From Phyllosticta citribraziliensis (lineage: Eukaryota), in contig NW_027117348.1 of the NCBI RefSeq assembly GCF_038025025.1, forward strand, positions 1,178,001 to 1,242,000: 64,000 nt of DNA, given 5' to 3'. How positions within the stretch are numbered: position 1 is the first letter of the stretch; the number at the start of each line of letters is the position of its first letter. The notes under the pieces are model-generated. The model did no database searches. It saw only the letters and a list, made by a program, of their open reading frames with translations, and was not told the origin of the DNA. Positions 35,239-46,897 of the stretch are shown piece after piece. Both the position numbers and the translations under genes were made by a program.

Positions 35239-36018
35239 TCATTCGACCGTACAGCTAATGGCATGCAGCATTTTCTGCGTCGCGTCCTGCTTGGCCTCGA
35301 GCTCCTCGAGCCGCTGCTTGAGACCAGTGTTTTCTTCCTGGATGTTCTTATTCTGCTCCTCCAGCGCCGTCACCTGCTGGGTCGAGGCGGGCGGCTTCAT
35401 AATCACGGGCGTGACCTTTTTGATATCCAGCCCTTCCAGCTGCTGCCGCAGCGTATTGTTGACCTGCCAAATGTTGTCATTCTCCTTGCGCAGCACGGAA
35501 ATCTGGCGCTCCATGGCGGCGAGGCGCGACGCCAGCTTTCCCAGCGTCGCCGTGTTGATTGTCAGGACCTCGGACGCAGCTGGGTCGTCGCCGGCGCGGC
35601 AGTTGGGCTGACGGACGGCGCATCAGCAGTGTGCTTGCGAGGCTGGGGGCCATCTTACGTTGAGCGTGCAGCTTTCCTGCCAGTCTTGCCGCAGCCGACA
35701 CTCGGCACAGCCAAAGCCCGCGTCGTCGTTGACCGGGTCGTCCGAGTAGGCCCAACACTCGGTGCTGTTCTCGCGACAGCGCTCGCACGGCGCGTCCATC
35801 TGGCGGCCCTGGGCCGTCTCCATGATGCGGCCAATGTGCGACCACTTGACCTGGGTGTCGTGGTCCATGGCGGCAAAGTAGTTTTCCGACACGCTCCACC
35901 ACTCGTTGTTCTTTTGGGGCCGACGGACTGGTCGGTAGGTCATGGCTTCGTCGCCGCTCGAGGGACGTTTTGGGGCGCGTTGCTCGCTTTCATCGGTCGG
36001 CAGCGCGTGCTTGGCCAT
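35239..36018 (-). CDS. Hypothetical protein with degenerate Zn2Cys6-like motif and coiled coil; exons 36018-35659 and 35607-35239
   Basis: C-x2-C-x6-C-x15-C-x2-C-x9-C motif. A GTAAG...GCTGAT...CAG intron joins it in frame to a heptad-rich ORF (MERQISVLRKEND...LKQRLEELEAKQ). Confidence 0.7.
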
Positions 36019-37324
36019 CCGGCACATGGACGTTGGCGGTGGCGAGGGTCGAGGGGGTCGGGAATGGGTTGGCTGGGGTTAGGGGAGGTTTTAGGAGGTG
36101 TGAGGTTGGGGAGATCAGTGAGGAGGTCCACGGAGCAGCCCGTGAGGCCCCGAGGGTGCGGCGAGGTATCGCAACCTCCGCATGAGCGCATCGCGTCTTT
36201 GTAGACAAATCGACCGCTGAATGGCCGATGCAAGGGTTCGGCGCGTCATATGCAGGGTTGCAGGCGGTGAGGGTAGGCGGCCTGTGGCGGATCCATGCCC
36301 TGTTGAGCCTGGCAGAGCTGCTCGGTTGAATCTTGGAGCCACCTTTGAACCCAATCGATGTCCTCATCACCGGCGTCTGTCGCTATCGCCATGACATTTA
36401 CCGAGAGCTGAGCCTATTTGGAGCGCCGCAGCCGAGCTCCGTTTGGTTGTGCCATGTCCAGCTTGAGCCAGCACATCAATCTTCCTCGACGTCCCGCCCA
36501 AGGCGAAAGCGTCGATGAAAAAAGTCAAGAGACGAGGCAATCAAAAATTGCGTCGGTGGAGCTCCCGAAGGAACTTCATACCAGGCGACCGCCGCGATGT
36601 GCAATGCAGGGTCTCCTGACAGCTGAACCGCCTTCTGGAGCGCGGCAAGCCCAACAAGGTCTGCCATGATGTTAGAGAAAGCTCCATTTGGGGGGAGAGG
36701 GAGGGCACAAACAAGTATAGTATTAAAAGAGGAGAAAGAAAAGAAAGGTTTGGATGGGCGGGCGGCGTCAATGTCATTCACGGCCAGGTGGTACGTGCGT
36801 TCTCGTTTACTAGCGCCGCGCTAAGTGTTACTGCCAGGCGGAGGCTTGGGAGGAAGGACGACACCGTCACCCTCCACGCCGACTGGACGGACTTGCCCTC
36901 CACAGGGCCAACTTGCATTCATCCTCCTCCACTGCTGCGCCTAGGGAGCAGTCGCTGAGCAGCAGATCTGCGCCCACGAAGCATCCATCATGCTCCGGCA
37001 GTTGCCTACTTCACCAAAACACACCACCAACGCTGCTCACTTTCCCCCTTCTGCAGCGTCGAATGAAGAGCGGGGAAGGTGAGAGCTGCATGAAAGGTGT
37101 GACATGCGGCGCTGTCTGGCTCCTTGGTCAGAATGCAAGGAATGCCCCATAAGCGCGCGCTTCGGGCAAAGCCAATCATCGGCGTCTGCGGCACCACCTC
37201 GTCAAGAAACGCGAAATGCAAACGCGACACATTCGGTGGCTTTCACCAGCCTCGTTGACCATTCTGCCGACGCCCCTTTGGTTTCCGCTTCCTCGAGGTA
37301 CTGCCAGGCAACTTCCAAACCAAA

Positions 37325-37403
37325 ATGGATTGGGACGACAACGCAGAGACGATCCACACACTCCGCATCATCAAGAGGATTGAGCAGTACAGAGCGCGGG
37401 AGG
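37325..37403 (+). pseudogene. 5' fragment paralogous to the APH-like gene at 39414
   Basis: MDWDDNAETIHTLRIIKRIEQYRARE vs MDFDENTETNHALRTIKWIEQYRARE. Homology stops after ~26 codons. Confidence 0.8.
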
Positions 37404-38589
37404 TAGACCTTCTCCATTGTGCTGGCTGGGACGGTAGGGAGCGCACGCCTGCTTCCTCAGCGCCCCTTCCTGCCCAGGGGGCCACCCAGGTGTGGCCTTT
37501 TCCTCGGCCATTCAAAGCCTTACCGATTACCCCATGGTTCTGTTTGATCTACGACCTCGGTGCTGGAGAATAGTCCAAAAGCAAAGACCAGACAACCATT
37601 TTTGCAGGGGGATCTCACAGGCAGAGAGAGACCGTTTCCACGGGAAAGCAACTCGGACGGGAGGCCCTGTGGTCGTGTCGGAGGCTGTGTTGGTCTCGAC
37701 TGCTCCCTCAAGCGCACCGCTGCATGGTTGTCTCCGGGCTCTTTTCCCTCCGAAGCAGGCACTGCAGTACCGACGAAAATCTCAACCAGCCCGGCACACA
37801 GGGGCAGATGTGCCGCTCCACCTCGGACAGCATTGTGCCAAAGCGTCCCTTGACATGCTTGGTCTTGCTTCGTTCCAAGCGGGAGGGAGAGAGTGGTTAA
37901 ACCATGCATGGGCGTGGCGTGCAATTGTACCGCGCCTCAACGCTGCCCACATCACACCAGAACAGCGAAATTGGTGGACCGAAGTGATGGTATCCAGCCC
38001 AGGCCCACGCGGCATGGCAAATCAGCTGCATGCCTCCCTGCTCGAAGCATATTGGGGGCTGGGCGGTCGTGGTTGGTGAAGGTGGAGCGCTAGCGGTGCA
38101 TTTGCCCTCGTCAGACAATTGCCACCTGCGCCGCACAAGTGCCCCACGTCCTTGAGAAGACTGAGTGATGGCGTGATACCCAATAAGGGGTAGAGCACGT
38201 CAGCGAGGCTGGGTTTGGGCTGGGTGATGTCTGATCACATTCAAATTACAAGATAGAAGTTGATGTGGTTCGATTTCCTCTCCGAGGTCTTTGAGTGCCG
38301 TCCCAAGACGAGAGATTGAATCTCTGAAAGGCCACTGCCCTTATCCGTAGTGTCACATTCTCAAAAAGTGGACCACGACAATAATGCATTCATTGAGTGG
38401 TTTTCAATCCTTCCGATTTGCGCTGATGCTGATGCCTTTCGCCCAAAATGCCTGTCTTTGACGCAGTTGTGCTGTCATCTCCCTCCTCCCATCTTAGCTT
38501 CAGTTCCAGTCTCCCAGGCCCAGTCCCGCTCAGATTACCCAGTCGTCATGGAGTTCTGTTTTTGGAAGGTTCGGAGTCAACAGGAGATG

Positions 38590-38871
38590 CTACTCGCACG
38601 GCGATTCAAACTCACATCCACTGCCGGTGGACTTGCCCCTGTTCTTTTTGGAACTGTTTCCCATTGTCACCATGAGGTTTCTGTTGTCTTCGCTCGCAAG
38701 GTTTCTAGCAAGACCATCTCTGCCCTCCCGCTGATCCGTGGAAAGCAAAGGTCCTCTTGATGCGGAATGAGTCTCGCCTGTGGAACGGCTAGCGCTCGTG
38801 TTGGAATTGTTTTGTTGCGTATTCGATGTATTGGTATTATTGTTGTTGGTGTTACTCGTGTTGCTCGACAT
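38590..38871 (-). CDS. Small Asn/Ser/Thr-rich hypothetical protein (93 aa)
   Basis: ATG in A-rich context, with TATA-like sequence ~100 nt upstream. No recognisable domain. Confidence 0.4.
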   Translation of the reverse strand: MSSNTSNTNNNNTNTSNTQQNNSNTSASRSTGETHSASRGPLLSTDQREGRDGLARNLASEDNRNLMVTMGNSSKKNRGKSTGSGCEFESPCE

Positions 38872-39413
38872 TATTTTCGCTTTTTGTCCGTCCAGTTTCT
38901 TTGGGCTAGGCGGTTGAAGGAGGCGACTTCGAACAGTTGTCTCTCTTCACAACCCGCATCCTCTGTCTACATATATACCCGAGGAGGTTTTTCCAGCATC
39001 AAATCACACTCCTTTCTCCTTTTCCATGGAATCCAACATGGCTGTCATCCTTCGCCATGTTGGTACCCAGTCATTGCTGCGTGATGGTTGTAGGTAAGCG
39101 AGCGCGCATGACTGTGCCACAGCCCTCAGCCTCTGACCAACCATGCTCAGTCTCCGAGACCCACCAACGTGACTGCAAATGTTGACACGCATTTAGCGCG
39201 CGTGTTCACTAAGCGCCCAAATTCTGCCACAAACAACTTTCTCTCACACACTCACACACTCCCCCATTCCCCCCTTCTCGCTCTCTTTCTCTGCGTGGGT
39301 CGGCAACATTCCTTCCCCCCTCACAGATCGGTCATCGCGCGCCCGGCCACGTATTTCTACCGGTCTATAGCCATTGAACCCCTCTTTTTCAGACTAAGTC
39401 TCTGCCCGTTGCC

Positions 39414-41110
39414 ATGGACTTTGACGAAAATACAGAGACGAATCATGCACTCCGCACTATCAAGTGGATCGAGCAGTACAGAGCGCGGGAGGGAGAACTC
39501 CCTGATTGGATGGCTTCCTTCCGCCCGGGTCACTGCTGCTCACGATTAAACAAAATGCCTCTAGCCGGGTCGTTCAACTTTTGCTTCATATTTGAATTTG
39601 ACGACGGCGTTAAATGGTTAGCCAGACTTCCCGTTCCAGGCCGGGCCATGGATCCAGACGGCAAGCTACGGCGCGAGGTCGCCGTGATGAAGCACATCCA
39701 GACCAACACCAGCATTCCGGTGCCCGCGATCCACTTCTGGGGCATGTCAGCCGACAACAGTCTCGGACTGGGCCCGTTTATGATTATGGATTACGTGGAC
39801 GGCCTGAGGCTCGGAGAGTTGTGGAAGGACCCGACGGCATCGCGGCTTTCGCGGCATTTAAAGGACATCAGTGACCGAGACTTGCGAATCGTCCATCGCC
39901 AGATGGCGAGATTCTCGCTCGAGCTGTACAAGCTCAGATTTGACAAGATTGGATCCTTGATCATTGACGATGACGGGCAAGTGAGCGTCCAAGGACCGCC
40001 TCTCACATGGACCATGCAAGAGATTGAAGCGCACTCGGGAATCAAAGCCGGAGGTGAGAAGACATAAGCCCCCAGAAGCGGCAAATGAGGGACTGACTCT
40101 GCATGCAACAAGGCGACCGACTCGAGCCCTTCGATTCGAGTACCGAGTACTTTGACTGGATCACCGACATGGACTGGCAGCATCTTGAGGAGCAATTCAA
40201 CTCTGTCGACGACGCTGCCGACGCGCGTGCCAAGTACGTCTTTCAAAAGCTCTTCCGCAGGACGATTCCGCGTTTCGTCTCGCATGACCACGCGCCCTTT
40301 GGATTGGTGTGCGACGACTTTCGCTACGGCAACATGCTCGTCAACAACGAACAAGATCTGCACATCGTGGCCGTCCTAGACTGGGAGTGGTCGTACACGG
40401 CGCCCCTGCAACTGTGCCACAACCCGCCGCGGGCCCTATGGGGCAAGCTGCCTAATGACCTGAGCGAGCAGCGCGACGAGTTGGCGCGATACAAGGAGTT
40501 CCTCGACACGTTCATGGACGAGCTCCGACGCGAAGAGGAGGCTCAAATGGACGACAGCCATGGCAACAGCAGCAGCAGCAGCGGTGACGCACAACCTAAA
40601 TTGTCCGCCTTGATGCAAAGGTCGTGGGACGACGGCACTTTCTGGTTCAATGAAATCATCCTGTCGTGCTACATGGGCGGCAATGACACGGCATGGAAGC
40701 TGCTCTGCAAACAGTATCCCGAGATTGCCGTGGTCGACGATATTGAAGAAGAAGCGCTGGCTGAATTTGTCGAGAGAAAGGTGCGCTGGCGCGAAGAGTA
40801 TGACGAAATCGAGCGCATCTATGCGGCAGATGCGGCAGCAAGAAAGGAGAAAGAAGCACAGGAGGAACGAGACAAGGCGGGGTCGCAGGGAGGAGACGGT
40901 GCGGGAGGGGAGACGGCGGACGAGGGTGGTGAGAAGGGGGATGTTGGACGAGACGAGGTAGACGACATCCACGAGCAGCGAGTTGAGGAAAAAGAGGAAG
41001 AGAAGTCGATTGAGAAAGAGGATGATCCCGGGAAAGCTGAGGAGGAAAAGGTGTCCGAGAGGGAAGAGACGCAGTTGGTGATTCGAGAAAAACAGGCTGA
41101 GCAGCAGTAA
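39414..41110 (+). CDS. Fungal aminoglycoside-phosphotransferase (APH)-family kinase-like protein; exons 39414-40053 and 40113-41110
   Basis: GSFNFC...FDDGVKWLARLP, EVAVMK...TSIPVP, catalytic-loop-like DDFRYGNMLV and VLDWEWSY. 59-nt intron in frame. Acidic tail. Confidence 0.88.
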
Positions 41111-41956
41111 TCGCACTTTTGTAGACTCACAGCTGCCAAATACCTGCCAGTCGGCGACATCTAAGCAATACTTGAGATGGGCCAGGGCACCAAAAGTGGA
41201 TCTGCACATGCGAGTGCGCGGCGTCTTGGGCTGACTGTCTGGCTGTCTGGCTGCGGCATGCCATCACGGTCATGCTGGACACGATTGACAAACTAGTTGG
41301 TGGGGAAGTCGAGGAGTGGGTAGAGAGGGAGCATTCATGTGCTTCCATTTGGTACATACCCAGATGACAGGCCAAGGAGCATTCGTGCGCTTTAATGGAT
41401 GACTGGGAGGAAGAATTCAAGGAGGCCTACATGTACAAACAGCCCGAACACGGCATGGAAGCTGCTCGGCAAGAGAGGGTGGGTGCTGGCTGGAGCGGCA
41501 GGGAGAGCGCGCCTGCTTCCTCAGCGCGCCTTCCTGCTTAGAGGGCCACTCAGGTGCCGCCTAGTTTTCCATCTTGATTTTGACCTTTCCCTCTCAACTC
41601 CGAATTGCTTGACCACCTCACCTCATTTCCAATCCTTTGCGTCCCAGTTTTTGACATCAGGAATCGCGAACGTGACGACCTTGAAGACCTTGAAGACCGT
41701 GACGACCGTGGCGACCATGAAGACCCCGATGACGGCATTGAGGACGAAGCCGAAGCTTTGGACATTGAGATGGAGCCTATGGAGAATGACCAGGACAGCT
41801 TAGCAGTAAGATTAGGTGTCCTGAGCATTCTCTACCCACGATCATTCTCAATTCGTATGAAAGGTTTCGCTGACATTGGTAGGAACCTGCCGGAAAAATG
41901 ACCAAAATATGGACTTCAGCGAAGCAAGCCATGGTACGATATAGCAACACCACCTG

Positions 41957-42826
41957 CTAGAAGTCTTCCAACCTTTCTCATGAAGTAGACCCTTGTAGTT
42001 CCGCCACCAAGCGAATCCGCTCTTGACTTCCTGGTGCTCCGACATGATCTCTGAAGATGTGCTTTTCCAGTTCTTGTTCATTGCGATATCTCCTGCTGCA
42101 AAGACGGCAGTGCGGCCAGTTGATCCAGGTCTCAAAGTCGATGTGCCTGAGTCCCTGGAGTCTTTCCCTCCACTACTTGTCGTCATTGAAGTAGGATGGC
42201 TGTAGTGGTGCATCCTGCTGCTCGATAAGGCTCGCGTACAAGTCATTGACTTCTTTGTTATTGCTCAGGGCATCTTGCTCCTTTTCTGCCTTGGTATTGG
42301 CGGCGGGTTTCGCTTCTTGCTTTTCTTGCTTCGGCTTTTTCTTCACTGGTTGCTCCTTCTGGCTTAGCTGTTCTACCTCAGCACTGGTGGCGGGTTTCGT
42401 TTCTTGCTTCGATTTCTTCAGCTTTTTCTTCACTGGTTGCTCCAACTCATCCTCTAGGTCCGGGGTGGAACCGCGCCTTATCAAGGCATTTTTCGCCGCC
42501 TCAATGATGATGTCGTCACCAGTGAGTAGCATTTCCTCATATAATAGTTGCCCTGCATCCTTGTAGGTCAATGTTGGAGGTGGATTGGGTAATGCCACCA
42601 GAGGAGGAACCACGAATGTCGAATTCGCGGCAAGATAGTGACGTATGGGATTGTAAATCTCCTCAGGTGTCAGATGAGGGGCTTCACCGCATGCTGTAAA
42701 CAGTTCTGAGATTGTTCCTGACAGCGTGATGCAATTAAGCCTTGTCATTGGTTCCTGTGTCGGGTTCGTGATGCCGCCGGTGCAAATGATCCACCCAAGA
42801 TGGCCATCGCTATGCTTGTATGGCAC
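41957..42826 (-). pseudogene. Stop-interrupted gene with a Lys-rich duplicated segment and a C2H2 zinc finger
   Basis: The 217-aa ORF ends at TAG 42175-42173, but the same frame continues WRERLQ...CRLCSRRYRNEQELEKHIFRDH (C-x2-C-x12-H-x4-H, 42109-42044). Further stops at 41980 (TGA) and 41959 (TAG). Confidence 0.65.
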
Positions 42827-42857
42827 CTCCTGAGCGAGAGCGGGTGGCTTTGACGAT

Positions 42858-43027
42858 AGTGGGTGTCGAAAGAAATTGGACCTCCTGGCGATACAAGTGC
42901 GTCTAGGGAGCGTTCATTCGCTGCTCCGCCTGCGTTTGGGGAGCATTCATACACCTCTTGCGCTTGGGAAGTGGTCGTTCATTGTCGCAGACAGACCGTG
43001 AGAGCCTCATTTCTTTCGACACCCACT
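42858..43027. repeat. Perfect 19-bp inverted repeat with 132-bp spacer
   Basis: agtgggtgtcgaaagaaat (42858-42876) and atttctttcgacacccact (43009-43027). Confidence 0.9.
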
Positions 43028-44937
43028 GTGCCGTATTCTGAAAAACTTCTGCGCCACCGACATCTCGAGCCGAACGACATTTCGCAGACCACAGGCTGCG
43101 GGCATTAGCTCTCTACCCACAAAAAATACATAAACCTTACTTTTCATTATGATTTTCACGTACGACCATAGCAGGTAGAAAACTCGGAACCCCGTCCGCT
43201 CTTCCATAGATAAGCTACCTTGCGGCCGATTAGTAGTTGCGTGGGTGACCAGCAGCGAATCCCGGCTGTTGTACGTTTTGTCCTTATTTCTTTTTTTTCT
43301 TTCTCTTTTGTGGGACGGCGGTGGCGGAGTGGAGGAAGAGGAAAAGTGGAGCAAGAGGCGAAGACCCTGCCAAGGAATCATGGGACGAGGGAAGGGTTAA
43401 GCGAGTGGCGAGCGGGAGTGGGGCGGTTGATCGCGGGTGCGTGGTAGTCGTGTGCGTGCGTAGGATGTTGTTTGGACATGGAACGTTATTGTGATGGAAC
43501 GGATAACTGGAAGTGGTTGATGTCGTGTTTTCTTTTGCGAGTTGAACTTGGCGGAGGGTGTGGTGGGTTTGACGCGCTTTGATTTTGCATGGTGATTGCG
43601 GCATGGTAGTGGTCGTGTGTCGAGATTCTTGATCATGACAAGGCGTAGTCGTCCAACTCAACAGCAAACTTATTATCCAGGGAATTCGAAGTGTGTGAAG
43701 CACTCCGAAAAAAATTGAGCAGGGGAGCCACTGACCTAAGCTGCCTCACCATGACAAACAAGCATCCGAAATCCGGCGACAAGACATCGAGGGCATGCCT
43801 ATAACGTCGCCAATAATCGACGAGGAGCGAGAAGTACTTGGAAGAGACGATTCCAACCGGCAAAGCTCATTGGGCAACGTCCGCGGAAATGGCGAAACCA
43901 TTTCTTCACAGCTGAGACGCCAGGCCCGGAAACGCATCAAAAGCGCCTGGACGAATCAGTAAGCGCGGCGCAGGCAGCAGCTGGGTACTTCAGCACGCGA
44001 TGGAATGCCTGGCAGGACGCGGGGATGCGAGCTTGGCACGTGGGGTCAAGTGGAAAAGAAACCAAGGTCTGATCTGGCTGGCGTGCAGGACGGCGGCGGC
44101 GGAGCCAAAGTTTAGTAGGTGGACACACTGCCGCGTAGAGTAGAGGCAACGGATGCAGCCGGGTTGTGGTGAGGCATGTCGAAGTGATGCGGTCGAGCGG
44201 ACGGGATGGTGGCAGCCGGGGACGGTGGGATGCGGGTGAATGGCTAGGTAAGACGGGAACGGTGCAGGAATGCGAGGCGCGCGTTTGGGAGGGCGTGAGC
44301 TAGTTAGCTCTAGGTACACTGGCTGGCTGGCTGGCTGGCTGGCTCGCTGACTGGGGCGCTACGGGCGTAGGGTCAACGTTGGCTGTCGAGGGAGCGAGAT
44401 GGAGATTCTTCAACGTCTCGTTCTCCGCGCGGAGAACATCGGAGGCGGGCGTTGCAAGTCCGGGGTCGGCGAATGACAGAATCGGAATGGGTCGGGAAGC
44501 GAACCTATCACCGCACGCGGGTTCCTTCCTGTTGCAGTCTAGCGGGGTGGCCAAACCAAAGAATGACGGTCCTCTGGCTCTGGCTGGACCTGGAACCGAA
44601 CGAAGGACAGGAAAACGCCCGGGCCTCTCATTCATGTGCCTCTTTATCTTTCCAACCTAACACCCTCTCCCGCTGCCCGTCGCCATCACCAACCGCTCGA
44701 CCTCCTAATATCGCGCTCCCCTCTCCACTATAGACCATTCGAATAGACGACCGGACGACTTCGCTGTCGCTCCCCCGCAACCCATCTCCGCCGCGCTTCA
44801 CCTCCGCTACCGCATTGCCGACGAGACGCTGACGCCTGCATTTTTCGCCGTCGACGGCCCGCCACTCTTCCCTGTCACCCACAACAACAACCCCACGATC
44901 CCACACTGCTGCCGATTTCTCGCGGCGTCCACCCAAA

Positions 44938-45580
44938 ATGAAAATCTTCTCGACAAGCCACGACTTCAACTACTCGTGGGAAGAGGTCTCGATTGCCAAC
45001 TGGCGCAAATACTCGCCCTGGAACAAGAAGACGCCTCACGTAATCGCCGTCGACACGCTGGAACGCCACGTCGACCCCCACACCGGCATCGTGAGTTCCT
45101 CTCTCCCCTCGTCGGAAGCATCATCACGGACAATGGCTAACACGGCCGCTGCAGCTCCGCACCGAGCGCCTCATCACCTGCCAACAGAGCGCGCCCAAAT
45201 GGCTGTCGTCGTTCCTCGGCGGACAAGAAGTGTCGCACGTGTACGAGACGTCGTACGTCGACGCGCACGGCAAGACCGTCACCATGTGCAGCATGAACAT
45301 GACGTGGTCGGACCTGCTCAGCGTGCGCGAGACGGTCGTGTACAAGCCGTGCGCGGCGGCGCGCGCCAGCAAGACGACGTTCGAGCAGACGGCCCAGATC
45401 GTCGCCATGTGCGGCGGCTGGAACAAGGTCAAGAACAGCATCGAGGCGTTCACCATGGAGCGCTTCAGCCAGAACGCCGCCAAGGGCCGCGAGGGCTTTG
45501 AGATGGTGCTGGAGATGAGCCGCCGCGTGTTTGCCCAGGAGAGGGAGCGCCTCGCGCAGCAGGTCGAGGCCAAGCTGTGA
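44938..45580 (+). CDS. UPS2: PRELI/MSF1-family mitochondrial lipid-transfer protein (Ups2/Ups3-like); exons 44938-45090 and 45155-45580
   Basis: MKIFSTSHDFNYSWEEVSIANWRKY...PHVIAVDTL, LRTERLITC and ERFSQNAAKGREGFE. GTGAGT...GCTAAC...CAG intron. Confidence 0.9.
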
Positions 45581-46897
45581 GCGGAGAGCGAGCGACGAGC
45601 GAGCGAACGAGCGCGCGTGGCTGCAATGCAGCCTGTGTTCTGTTGGTTGAGGCTGAGAGGTGTCACTACGAGCCTCGGTTGGCACCGCGGTGCCGATCAA
45701 CTCCTCTCTCACTCCCTCCCCTCTTCTCCTTTCGCCGCACGCTTGCCTGCTTGCTTGCGCCTCCACCAACAGGCCCAAATCTCCACCTGCGGCTGCCAGC
45801 TCGCTCTCGCAGCAGAGCAGCACCCTCGATTTCTCGGTCCTCCCCTCTCCCACCATACCACTTTTCTTTTCGTTCATCATCAGCAGCAAGGCGTTGGACA
45901 CGGTCGGTCGGTCGGTCGGTCGGTCGGTCGGTGTGCTTTATCCAAAAAGTTTTTTTTTTGCTTTCAAACCTCTCATACCTGTCAAGAGTCCATCAATCTC
46001 CTTGGTCCCCCCTCCAATTTTTGGCGGCATAGACACTTTGCTCGGTGCTTTTTTCTTCCTTCTGGCTTTTCTTTCGTTGTGTTTCGTCCCAACGAGCGAA
46101 GCTAGCTCATGATTTATGCGTAGACGGCGGAATGGCATTGCTTTTTCTCTCTCTCTCTCTCTCTCTCTTTTTGTCTTTTCCCCTTGGTGCTTCAATTTGA
46201 CACGCTCGTGCGCTTTCAGCACTCTGTTTTCGCGGCATTAGATGGGCGCGGATTTAGACGATGGCGATGGTGATGATGGTGCTGCGAAGCATCGCGCCGC
46301 TGTCAGGTGGCAGCTGGCTGGCTCGTCTCGTCTCATCTCTTCTTCTCTCCTGGACAGGCTGGGCAGACTGGTTCTATGTACGTCGGGCAAGATGAGATGG
46401 AAGAGCACTTGGCTGTGGTTGTCGAGGTTGTGCATAGACTTTGTTGTTGTGCCACATAGACAGAAAGACAGACATGCAGACAGACAGACAGACAGCGCTG
46501 TAGACTACCATGGAACAGAGAATTCTTCATCACGTTGTGCGCATTACCGCCGGCCGGCTGACTGGATGGTGCCACCGTGGGAGAAGCTTTGGTGTGTGAT
46601 GCTCCTACCTACGTACCTACTGAGATGTTGGCACCCAATGCATGTACGTACATAGCGTGTGTATTATGTATAAAATTATGTATAAAACTCGCCTAGGTCG
46701 CCTCCAAGGCACCACAGCAGAAGCGACGAAAGGATACATTTACACATCCCCACCTATTAATATTCCATTCCCTAACCAATGACCCACCCACCCACCACCC
46801 ACCCACCACCCACCGCCTCTGCTTCCCTCCCTCTCTCTCTCTCTCTGCTACAACCACCCACCCACAAAAAGATCAAACAAAAAGCGACATTACAACA

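Larger units (their letters stand above)
37419..41561 (+). repeat. ~79-bp imperfect direct repeat pair (37419-37497 and 41483-41561) bracketing the APH-like gene
   Basis: gtgctggctgg..cgg.agggag.gc.cgcctgcttcctcagcgc.ccttcctgc..ag.gggccac.caggtg aligns without gaps in both copies. Confidence 0.85.

Noticed and set aside
38170..38290. tRNA-like fragments (GGTAGAGC and GGTTCGATT)
   Set aside because: No complementary acceptor or anticodon stems could be formed.
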